A DNA stretch of 64,000 nt from a virus. The stretch lies in IMG/VR virus record IMGVR_UViG_3300037755_001279, positions 62,510-126,509 of that record, one strand, 5' to 3'. Positions 50,383 through 58,980 of the stretch are shown one piece after another (positions within the stretch are counted from its first letter, which is position 1; every line of letters begins with the position of its first letter). The translations under genes were made by a program, and so were the position numbers. Below the pieces are notes generated by a model that was not told the DNA's origin, did no database searches, and saw nothing but the letters and a program-made list of their open reading frames with translations.

Positions 50383-50868
50383 ATGCTCGCAGCCACCCGT
50401 TTCACCACCCGACGCCGTGGCTTCCTCGGCGCCATCAAGGAGCCGCTCGCCAACCTGCGCCAGCCGATGCTGGACTCGGGCACCGGTGAAGCTGGCGGCA
50501 CCCGCAACGTCAAGTTCCTGCCGCCGCCGAGCTGGGGGAGCACCGGCGGCACAACGCAGGTGAACTGGATGGGCCCGGCCATCAAGTCCTACTGGTTCAC
50601 CGCCGCGGTGGGGCCCACCGCCGGCGGCTCGGGTCCTGGCGCCAGCCAGCCGCCCGGCTTCCAGACACCGGCCGGCGCGGCCGTCAACACCGTCAACGGC
50701 GGCAATGGCAACGGCGGGACCCTGGCGCCGGCCAGCGGCGCCAGCGCCACGCCGGTGGCGACGGAGCCGACCGCGACGATCCTGCCGGCGCCGCCGAAGA
50801 GCTGGTGGCCGTGGGTGATCGCCGGCGTGGTGGCGGCGGGCGTCAGCGCGTACTTCGTCAGTCGCTGA
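50383..50868 (+). CDS. Gly/Thr-rich protein with C-terminal TM; candidate virion membrane protein
   Basis: N-terminal RRRGFLG; C-terminal WWPWVIAGVVAAGVSAYFVSR; TGGTACCGT upstream. Confidence 0.65.
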   Translation: MLAATRFTTRRRGFLGAIKEPLANLRQPMLDSGTGEAGGTRNVKFLPPPSWGSTGGTTQVNWMGPAIKSYWFTAAVGPTAGGSGPGASQPPGFQTPAGAAVNTVNGGNGNGGTLAPASGASATPVATEPTATILPAPPKSWWPWVIAGVVAAGVSAYFVSR

Positions 50869-50873
50869 CGGCT

Positions 50874-52427
50874 CTACCGCCCCCGCCCCCGCCCCCGCTC
50901 GCACAGCAGTAGAATCACGGGAATGTCAAGGACACGGGCTATGTCGAGTAGGACGTGCAGCATGACCCGCTGGCAAGCCGCCTCCATGTTCGACACGGCA
51001 GCACGGGTCAGCGGCGGGTGAAGGCTATCGCCCAGAGCGGCCTGTGACACGCCGCGGTGTTCACGTGCCTTCCTGATGCGCGCGCCGATGCCAACGTAGA
51101 CCGATTCGACGCGCATCACCCGATCCCGACGGCGTCCGTCTCGGTCACCCCGCTCGTCCCGCAGCGCCTCGGCCACGGTGAGCACCCCACCCGCCGCCGG
51201 GCTGCTCGGGGCGCGATGCTCGGCATCCTCCTTGTCCCGCAACGCGGCCAGCAGTTCGGCGTCAACGCTGTCGTATTCGTTGCGCGCCTCTACGATGGCA
51301 TCCGCGGCGGCGGCGGTCGGGCACTTCGCCACGAGCTTTCCGTCCGCCGCGATCACCTCGTACGTCCAGTCTTGATCGACTCGCCATGGCCCCGGGTAGC
51401 CGTCCGGTGACCCCATCGCCTCCTCGACGGTCGCGCGCTTCGCCGGGCTGCTCGGGGCTGCGGTGGCGATAGCGGCGATGGCGTCGCGCAGCTCGATGCG
51501 CGACGGGTGCCCCTCGGCGTCCGGGTCACGGCTGCTGCCGTCGCCCTCGTGAGACCACCAGTCGGCGGCGATGTCGAACCCTCGCCGCATCCCGCGCTCC
51601 TCCGCCCCTCTCAGGTCCGCCCCCGCCCCATCCGGCCCGACGGCGGGTGCTGGGGGAGGGGAGACATCCGAGCGGGCCATGAACGCGTGCGCCCACGTCT
51701 GCGTGTAGTCGCAGTACGGGCAGAGCCAGCCCCGCGCGGTGGCCACGAGGACGCCGGTGTCGTGGCCGTCGTCGACGTGCAGATTGCTTCCTCTGTCGCC
51801 GCAGGTGAACGGGTGGCGGTCGGTGCGCCGCTGCCACACGTTGAGCGCCACGATCTCCGGCGGCGTGAACGGCGCCTCGATACGTTCGTCGCTGCGGTCG
51901 ATGGCGGCGGGGCGAGCGGCCGCGCCCGCGTCGCACTCGGAGGCGGTGCGGGCCGGGGCCGTCGCCTCCCACGCGGCGAGCAGCGCCTTGCCGCTGCGGT
52001 CGACGGGCGGCGGGGCGAGCAGGCGGTCGATGACCGCAATCGCCGCCGGCACGCCGTCGTACAGGGCCGACCCGCGGTTGCCGGCGACCTCCGCTCGGTA
52101 CAGCTCGCGGTTGATCGCCGCCCTGACGTCGGCGAGCCCCCGTCGTTCGCGCTCGCTCAGCCCCGGACGGGCGGCAAGGGCGCGAGCCGCACACCCATGG
52201 CACAGCCACATCGGCTTGCCAGTCTCGCCGTAGTTGAGCAGTCCCGTGTTGGCCCACTGGCACGATGGGCAGCGGTCGGGGGCGTACGGGTGCTTGGCGG
52301 CAAGGGCGGCGGACTCGACACGGCGGCGGCGTATCTCGGTGACCATGCTGCGCGCGCAGGCACTGTTCACGCTGCCCACGCCTTCCAGTTCCGTCAGTTC
52401 CTCGTCGGTCAGGTCTTCACTCGGCAT
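50874..52427 (-). CDS. Mosaic multi-module phage protein ending in an XRE HTH domain
   Basis: MPSEDL start; zinc-ribbon modules; repeated APSSPA linkers; IGARIRKAREHRGVSQAALG. Confidence 0.55.
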   Translation of the reverse strand: MPSEDLTDEELTELEGVGSVNSACARSMVTEIRRRRVESAALAAKHPYAPDRCPSCQWANTGLLNYGETGKPMWLCHGCAARALAARPGLSERERRGLADVRAAINRELYRAEVAGNRGSALYDGVPAAIAVIDRLLAPPPVDRSGKALLAAWEATAPARTASECDAGAAARPAAIDRSDERIEAPFTPPEIVALNVWQRRTDRHPFTCGDRGSNLHVDDGHDTGVLVATARGWLCPYCDYTQTWAHAFMARSDVSPPPAPAVGPDGAGADLRGAEERGMRRGFDIAADWWSHEGDGSSRDPDAEGHPSRIELRDAIAAIATAAPSSPAKRATVEEAMGSPDGYPGPWRVDQDWTYEVIAADGKLVAKCPTAAAADAIVEARNEYDSVDAELLAALRDKEDAEHRAPSSPAAGGVLTVAEALRDERGDRDGRRRDRVMRVESVYVGIGARIRKAREHRGVSQAALGDSLHPPLTRAAVSNMEAACQRVMLHVLLDIARVLDIPVILLLCERGRGRGR

Positions 52428-53124
52428 CGGTCGGCTCCTTGGCGGTGGCAGTACGGTAGTCGTCGGCGACGGACCGGTGAGCGCCACACCAGCACGGCTT
52501 GTCTTCCAGCCGACAGCGAGTAAACGCCGCTTCGCATGTTGACGCCATCGCCTCCACCGTCTTGCGCAGGGCGGCAGCTTCGGCCTCGGCTTCAACGGCG
52601 CGCGTGAAAAACGCGGACCGCGAGGCCATCTCCTCGGCACGCTCCGTTGCCAGCGTCTCGGCGGCGGCGGCAAGGACATCGACGGGCGCTTCAGGAACGA
52701 GGCCGAACGCGCCGAGGATGGCTCGGAGGGTGGCGGCTTCGGTGCGGGCGGTGTCGCGCTCTCGTGACACGTCGGCGTAGTTGGCCTTCCATTGCGCCAC
52801 CTCGGCCGCCGCTTCGTCAGTGTCCCGGTGCGCTTGCCCGAGCGCGCGCTCCAACTCGTCTACTTGCGCGCCCCTGCGCAGCACGGACCGCAGCGCCTCA
52901 TCCCGCTCCGTCGTCAGCGTGACGACCGTGGCCTCAGCAGCGAGGCAGCGGGTGCGCCAGTCGACGGCGCGGTCAGCTTTGACACCCTTCTGGGCTTGCA
53001 CGTTCCGCCACCATGCCTCGACCTGCTCGCTCTCGGTTGTCTTGTGCTTGTCGCAGGTGACGACGCGGCAGTGGTCGATAACGTGCTCGCAGAACGGGCA
53101 CACGATCGGCAGGTCGTCGGTCAC
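52417..53124 (-). CDS. Coiled-coil protein with terminal Cys clusters
   Basis: 235-aa coupled ORF. Confidence 0.55.
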   Translation of the reverse strand: MTDDLPIVCPFCEHVIDHCRVVTCDKHKTTESEQVEAWWRNVQAQKGVKADRAVDWRTRCLAAEATVVTLTTERDEALRSVLRRGAQVDELERALGQAHRDTDEAAAEVAQWKANYADVSRERDTARTEAATLRAILGAFGLVPEAPVDVLAAAAETLATERAEEMASRSAFFTRAVEAEAEAAALRKTVEAMASTCEAAFTRCRLEDKPCWCGAHRSVADDYRTATAKEPTDAE

Positions 53125-53610
53125 CAGTCACCTCCGCCCGCACCGCAGCCCTCGTGCGCAACGATACGGTCCTGACGCGGCCGGCCGCCATCCAGCCACG
53201 GCTCGTGCGACGGTCCGCTCATCAGGTTCATGTTGCCGGTGCCGTCGAGGTACAGGTGCCAACCAGATTCCGCCAGCCTCTTCAAGTCACGGCAAGCCTT
53301 GCGGAACCTGGCGACCTCGCGCGGCGTGGGTGCGCGCGCCATGAGATTCTCGTGATTCTCGCCCGCCATCACCCACCCCCACGGAGAGCGGCGCGAGCAG
53401 GTTCGATGGCGCGCTCGTAGTCCTGACGGTCGAGTCCGTCATGCCCGCACGCCCATCCCTGAATCGTGGACGTCACGGAATCACACCGGTCGACCACGTG
53501 CCGTCCAGAACGGTGGCCAGCTCGCCGTCGAGAAACGGACGCCAGGTGCCAACGGCGGTGACGTCAACATCGTCCGTTTCGCGGCCATCTTTGAAGTTGG
53601 CGGTTGCAAC

Positions 53611-54441
53611 CATGCTTGTCCGGTTGTCACCCAAGCCTCCGGGTGGAGATGTCGTGGTAGGCGCGCACTCGCTCGGCGCCGACGCACCGGCGTGTGAGAT
53701 CGGCGCACGCTCGGGCGACGGTGCCCGAGCCCATGAAGGGGTCGCACACGAGATCATCGGGGTTGCTCCACACGCTCACGGCATCGCGGGCGAACCGTTC
53801 GCTGAACGTTGCAGGGTGGCCCAGGCTCGACGATGGATCGTGACCGTGGCCGTTGGCGCCGTAGTCCCAGATCGAGCCGCGGTGACGGATGGGGCGCACC
53901 GGCCGCACGTTGTTGCGCCGCTTGGTCCCGGCGCGCTCGGTCGCCCACTGGTAGTGACCGGCCGTCGTGTCGACGCCGTACTTCGCCGGCACGGCCAACG
54001 TGTCTTTGTTGCACACGATTGGGCCGCCAGCCTTGCGGTAGACGATCAGCGGCTCGTGGTCACGGCGGAAGCGGTGCCGGTACTCCCCGGGCTGGCCGTG
54101 TCGCCCGTACGCGAGCACTTGGGACAGGTACCACTCGGGGCGGGCCGACCACTCGCAGATCACCCGGTACGGTGTGACCGACAGCGCCATCGCGTTGACC
54201 GCGCCATCCAGTACCATCGCGAGCGTGCCTCCGGGTGCGAGCACCCGGATCGCGAAGTCAGCGAGCGCGGCGAAGTCGACGGCGTCCGCGGTCCCGTCGT
54301 ACGTGCGAGCGTTGTCGTACGGCGGCGACGTGAGGATCAGCCGCACGGATCCGTCCCCCACGTCGGCGAGGACATCGCGCCAGTCACCGAGCCGCAAGTC
54401 AATCACTTACGCGCTCCTTGGGTGACAACCGGACAAGCATG
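53611..54441. mobile_element. 831-bp non-autonomous cassette with 25-bp perfect terminal inverted repeats and 8-bp flanking duplication
   Basis: CATGCTTGTCCGGTTGTCACCCAAG at 53611-53635, reverse complement at 54417-54441; GTTGCAAC at 53603-53610 and 54442-54449. Confidence 0.85.
53627..54406 (-). CDS. Beta-class N4-cytosine/N6-adenine DNA methyltransferase
   Basis: TSPPY precedes HPATF and DPFMGSGT. Confidence 0.9.
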   Translation of the reverse strand: MIDLRLGDWRDVLADVGDGSVRLILTSPPYDNARTYDGTADAVDFAALADFAIRVLAPGGTLAMVLDGAVNAMALSVTPYRVICEWSARPEWYLSQVLAYGRHGQPGEYRHRFRRDHEPLIVYRKAGGPIVCNKDTLAVPAKYGVDTTAGHYQWATERAGTKRRNNVRPVRPIRHRGSIWDYGANGHGHDPSSSLGHPATFSERFARDAVSVWSNPDDLVCDPFMGSGTVARACADLTRRCVGAERVRAYHDISTRRLG

Positions 54442-54704
54442 GTTGCAACGGCAACGTTGCCGGTCCAGATGGCCAACCCCGGTGCCGTCGGCGCACCAGG
54501 TGAATCCATGATGTAGTCGAGCGTGGCGACGTCAAAGTCACCCTCGATGATCTCGTGGCGGCCCATCGGCCCGCGCGCATCGAGGATCGCAACGCGAAGT
54601 TGTGAGGCGGCGGCCGGGCGTTGCGTCAAATGCGCCACCTCGGCCGCCGTCAACGGGGTGGCGTACAACAGGAATTCGACAGGGCCATTCATGATCAACA
54701 CCGC

Positions 54705-55124
54705 CTAGTCGCCCAACGCCGCGATGCGCTTCTGCAGCTCTCGCTCGGACAGCTCGCTGAGCTTGCCGACCTGTTTCTCGGCGAGGATGTCCAGGAGCTG
54801 CTCGCGCTCCTTCTTGTTGGTGGCGCGCGTCTTCGCGGCCGCTTCCTCGGCAAGCTTGATGGTGATCACGTACTTGACGACCTCCATCGCGGTCTCGCGG
54901 CGCGTGTGCTCGGGCATCTTGGCGGTCTCGACGAAGCTCTCCTCCGAGATGTCCTTGAACGCCTTGCTGGCGGCCTTGGCGATGGCGTCGAGGTTGAATC
55001 CGTCCTTTGGGTCCTTCGAGCGGAGCGGGACGTCCCAGAGCTGCTCGACGGTCAGCTCCCCCCGGATGGACGCGAAGCGGAGCATGTTGCGGGTGGCGTA
55101 CTCGAAGATATTCTGCGTGGTCAT
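54705..55124 (-). CDS. Conserved phage protein (NIFEYATR...LRF...EQLWD family)
   Basis: Recognisable phage family pattern, C-terminal coiled coil. Confidence 0.7.
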   Translation of the reverse strand: MTTQNIFEYATRNMLRFASIRGELTVEQLWDVPLRSKDPKDGFNLDAIAKAASKAFKDISEESFVETAKMPEHTRRETAMEVVKYVITIKLAEEAAAKTRATNKKEREQLLDILAEKQVGKLSELSERELQKRIAALGD

Positions 55125-55392
55125 GTTTGCGTTTCTTTCTGTGGGGGGCGGGTGGTTCTTGATGCTCTCGACAAGATCGTCGATGAACGCGCTCATTGGC
55201 CATTTGCGGTGGTGTTGGTAGTAGGTCTCTACCAACTTGAGGCGTAGCTTGTTGTCTTGCTCGTACTGCGCCTGCGCTCTAACGCAGCTCAAGCATGGGG
55301 ACCCCGTGCAGTCTGGCAGGTCACAGTATCCGACGAAGTAGTCGGATGTTTCTGTCGTTACGTGATGTCCCATATTCTCGGTCCTGGCAGTG

Positions 55393-55581
55393 CTACTCGG
55401 CACCTTTCGGGACGAACACTAACGGCCCCCAGGTGGGCGATCCGCGGTCTTCCGCTCTACCAACCGTTCCGTAAACGGAGTTGTACTCGCGTCCGTTCTG
55501 CGTTTGGTAGATCCAGCCGCCAGGGACAGCAAGCCGGCGCACGGACTCTTCGCGGTCATCGACGATGATTTCCCACTTCAT
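55393..55581 (-). CDS. Small conserved phage protein
   Basis: RLAVPGGWIY...LVFVP. Confidence 0.55.
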   Translation of the reverse strand: MKWEIIVDDREESVRRLAVPGGWIYQTQNGREYNSVYGTVGRAEDRGSPTWGPLVFVPKGAE

Positions 55582-55585
55582 GAGA

Positions 55586-57667
55586 TCAGGCCCCGGCGTT
55601 GACGTTGAACAGGCGCTGCTGCTTGCCCTGCTGGACCTTGATGAGGATATTCGTGCGCTTCGTCGACGAAAAGCCGAGGCCCGAGAGCTGTCCGTCCACA
55701 GGCTGGCACTTGGTCTTGTCGCCGATGACCTCGAAGACCTTGCGGTGCGGCTCCAGGCGCGGGTGCAAGAATTCGTTGTAGATGCCACGCGTGGGCTCGT
55801 CGTTCTTGGCGTCGTGCAGGACGAAGAACGTGTGCTTGTTGCCGACCGCGTTGTCGCCCCAATAGTTGGGACTCAGCGTGACGGCATCGACCTTGACGTA
55901 CTGCTCGGTCGTGAGCCCCCACTTGGTCTGGGAGATGTTCGACGCCGTGATCGCCGGGTCGCCCGTCTCGACGCTCTCGATGCGCCCCGCTTTCATGCGC
56001 AAGGTCACGACGTGGACGTCCTGCTTGTCGCGCACGCCCTTGTTGTAGGAGAAGTGCGAGAGCTTGCCGCCGCACTCCACCTCGACCACGAAGCCGACGG
56101 CACTCGACTCACGCCGGGCGAAATTGTTCACGACGATCTTGTAGGTGCCGTTCGGCATCTGGTCCATCCAGACGACGTTTTCGACGGCCTCACGCGACGT
56201 GCCGCTGCCGGCGTTCATGTCGACGTCGAGCGTGCCGCCGGTCGCGCCACGCTTGTTGCCGTAGAAGATATGGTCGCGCGTAGCGTAGACGCCGCGTCCG
56301 GCCGGCTCGTAGATGTGCAGGTCGAGGTCATCGTAGTTGAACCACGAGAGCGACACGCGCAAGGTCGCACCCTCGACCTTGCCGCCGGCCTTCTTCACGC
56401 GCTCGGCGATCGAGTCGGTCACGTTGCCGCCGTAGCTCCAGGCGAAGTCATTGTTCCAGCGGAAGAGCTGCTTGGGCTCCGGGTTCACAGGCGCCGTCAG
56501 CGACATCAGGTTGCCGAGGTGCTCGCCCCTGAGCATGATCTCCAGGCTCGTCGCCTCGGGCAGTACCTGCGCAATGAACGCATCGAGCCCGATGTCCTCG
56601 GCGCGCTCCTCGTCCTTCTTCGTGTTCTTCGGGTTCGCCGCCGTCGCGACCTGCATGAGGGTGTCGACGAGCCCGCCCTTCATAGCCGGCTTGACGCTGC
56701 CGTCGACCCACAGCACGTCGTTGACCGAGATGTCGCTGATGGTGGCGAAGCGGCGTTCGAGCGCGGATGCGAGGTCCAGCGTCTCGATGGTCTCCATCGC
56801 TTGCTTCACCATGGCCGGCGTGATCACGGCCGTGGTGCGCTTGTAGTTGGTCGGCGCCACCTTCTGCTCGAAGCTGGCGACGGCCTGCTCGACGTCGACG
56901 CCTTCACTGAGGTCTTGCACGAGGGTGCCGATCACCGTGTTGCGGAATCGCGACGCCGGGCCGACGGCGTTAGCCCAGGCGAAGACGGCTCGTTCGCGCG
57001 GAGCCTTGGCCTGGAACGCTTTCTGCGCCTTCACGAACTCCACGACCGCGTTCTTGTGCTCGGCACCGCGGTACAGGTTGTTGGCCTCGATGAGCGCAAG
57101 CACGGTATCCAGGGCATGAGGCTTCAGCTCGGTCAGGCCCCGCGTGAAGACCTGCACCGTGGTGCGGTAATCGCCGCAGACCTGGTCGGGCGACACGGCC
57201 TGCAGCGCCTGCGGAATCACGTCCGTGTAGAGGTGGTTCCAGGTGAGCGCCTTGCCGCCAGCGTCGAGCGACCGCGAGGTGGCACAGCCGAAGTTATTCT
57301 CCTTCGGGCTCACACGAAACAGATCAGAGATGTCAGCGGCAAGTACGACGTCACGCAGACCGATGGCCACGACGTTGTACGGGTACGGCGCCTTCTTGGC
57401 CGCCTCGTCCCAGACGGTGCTGACCACGCCCTGATCGCTGACGGCCACGACGTTGCCCGCGCGACGGATGAACTGCCTGCAGCTCGAACACGCGTGTTCC
57501 GTCTCCTTCTTGAAGATCGGGTTGGTGCCGCTGGGAAACGTCGCCAGGTACAGTCCGTAGAGCGCATCACCCTCCACGCCGGTGACGCAGACCTGCGAGG
57601 CCTTGGCGATGGACTGAAAGGAAGATGCGACGATCTTCGCGAAGGGCGGGAAGTGATTGGTGGTCAT
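55586..57667 (-). CDS. Large conserved phage protein with HxCxxC motif and YfaP/DUF2135-like domain
   Basis: EHACSSCRQF; LRVSLSWFNYDDLDLHIYEP...LDVDMN...VENVVW; GAGG SD. Confidence 0.75.
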   Translation of the reverse strand: MTTNHFPPFAKIVASSFQSIAKASQVCVTGVEGDALYGLYLATFPSGTNPIFKKETEHACSSCRQFIRRAGNVVAVSDQGVVSTVWDEAAKKAPYPYNVVAIGLRDVVLAADISDLFRVSPKENNFGCATSRSLDAGGKALTWNHLYTDVIPQALQAVSPDQVCGDYRTTVQVFTRGLTELKPHALDTVLALIEANNLYRGAEHKNAVVEFVKAQKAFQAKAPRERAVFAWANAVGPASRFRNTVIGTLVQDLSEGVDVEQAVASFEQKVAPTNYKRTTAVITPAMVKQAMETIETLDLASALERRFATISDISVNDVLWVDGSVKPAMKGGLVDTLMQVATAANPKNTKKDEERAEDIGLDAFIAQVLPEATSLEIMLRGEHLGNLMSLTAPVNPEPKQLFRWNNDFAWSYGGNVTDSIAERVKKAGGKVEGATLRVSLSWFNYDDLDLHIYEPAGRGVYATRDHIFYGNKRGATGGTLDVDMNAGSGTSREAVENVVWMDQMPNGTYKIVVNNFARRESSAVGFVVEVECGGKLSHFSYNKGVRDKQDVHVVTLRMKAGRIESVETGDPAITASNISQTKWGLTTEQYVKVDAVTLSPNYWGDNAVGNKHTFFVLHDAKNDEPTRGIYNEFLHPRLEPHRKVFEVIGDKTKCQPVDGQLSGLGFSSTKRTNILIKVQQGKQQRLFNVNAGA

Positions 57668-57697
57668 GTCGGTGTCCTCAGTGAAGTGATTCAACAG

Positions 57698-57794
57698 TGG
57701 AGCCGACGGGAATCGAACCCGCCTTCCCAGATCCACACCGAGCAACGCCAGCATCCTTCGGCGACTGACGCAGCGCTCCGTGGTCTACGGCCCC
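57698..57794 (-). ncRNA. 97-nt RNA resembling the tRNA-like domain of tmRNA (Ala identity)
   Basis: GGGGCCG/CGGCTCC acceptor with G3.U70, discriminator A, GCGGG-TTCGATT-CCCGT T arm, one long hairpin in place of D and anticodon arms. Confidence 0.7.
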
Positions 57795-58119
57795 GTTCAT
57801 CATCCCCGCTTCGCCTTCGCGCCGAGCCGCCGTGCAAAGTGTGCGGCGTTATTACGTTCGTGCGGACTGATGTTGACCTGCGCCGCCAGCGCCGCTGCTT
57901 TGGCCGCGCGCCGTGCGGCGCGCAGCGTGTCTGCCGACGGCGGCGCCGGCGGCGGCGAAGCCGCGCACACCTGCGCCAGCTCCAACTCCGCTATGTGCCG
58001 CTTCAGCAGCCGCACCATCGCGCGTAAATGATCACGCGACATCAACAGGTTGAACGCGGTCAAGCCCAAGATACCGCATAGACCGGCGAGCATTGCGATA
58101 ATGGCTTGTGCGGCCGGTG

Positions 58120-58623
58120 TCATGACGGCCCTGGTCCTGGGCGCGCGCCGCACGCACACGGTGCACCGGCGTCGGCGACAGGACAAGGTGACGGCGGCCC
58201 GAAGTCGTAGCACCGAGGCCCCTGAACGGTGACAACAAGGTGACCGTGCTGACGGACGGCGGACGATCGCGGCGGTGTCGGGGCAGATTTGGCCGTCATC
58301 TTCGGTAGCTTGGCCGCACGTGGTGTACCAAGCCAGCGGCCGGCGGCGTGCACACGATCGACGACAGCAAGCCAACCATGCACAACCCAGCCCGCGGCCA
58401 CACGCAAAACGCGCAGGCTGCGCAGTGCGCAAATCACCCAGGCGACGGGCCACAGGATCGAACCAAAAACGATGGGCTCCGTGTCGCAGCCGCCGTCCGG
58501 GCGATAGCGCGCGCGCAAGTATCCATACGTAAGAACCCCCAGCAACGCGTATCCGCCGACGACGGCGCACGCAATCCCGAGCGGCAGAAGAAGCGAACCG
58601 AGCGACAGAAGAAGCGAACCCAT
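58120..58623 (-). CDS. Membrane protein, probably leaderless
   Basis: ATG 7 nt after TAGGAT of the conserved promoter at 58631-58652; hydrophobic helices. Confidence 0.5.
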   Translation of the reverse strand: MGSLLLSLGSLLLPLGIACAVVGGYALLGVLTYGYLRARYRPDGGCDTEPIVFGSILWPVAWVICALRSLRVLRVAAGWVVHGWLAVVDRVHAAGRWLGTPRAAKLPKMTAKSAPTPPRSSAVRQHGHLVVTVQGPRCYDFGPPSPCPVADAGAPCACGARPGPGPS

Positions 58624-58980
58624 GCCGACCATCCTATAATACCCCTCCGACGTCAACGCAATTTCTCGTTTGCGAAATCGACCGTCACCGTCGACAAACG
58701 CTTGACGATCCCGCGCAACCCATGGCAATGTCGGCATCCCGTGGCGGGTCATCCACCAAACCGCGGGCCTAGACTCGACCGCCGCCTGGGGGGATTGGCG
58801 ACGCGCCGTGATCAGGCCCGACACCGCGGAGCGCCTATGCAGCTCGACGCGGCGATCTCTACCGACGCCGACGAGCAAGCTTGGTTCACCGAGCCATGGC
58901 ATGACGGTCGACATGCCGTTCGCTTGCTCGAAAACCTCGGCATCCTGGGCGGCGGGAACTTCCTACCCGAGCCGGTGCAG

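Larger units (their letters stand above)
53473..54701 (-). pseudogene. 129-aa hypothetical gene split by the methyltransferase cassette
   Basis: Removing 53611-54449 joins ...WTGNVAVAT to ANFKDGRE... in frame (390 nt). Confidence 0.75.

Noticed and set aside
57698-57727. tmRNA 3' end as a plain attP core
   Set aside because: A matching 5' acceptor strand exists at 57788-57794 and the recombinase is 44 kb away; kept only as an alternative
55565-58027. 820-aa + strand ORF
   Set aside because: Antisense shadow of the motif-bearing 55586-57667 gene; long shadow frames are expected in GC-rich DNA
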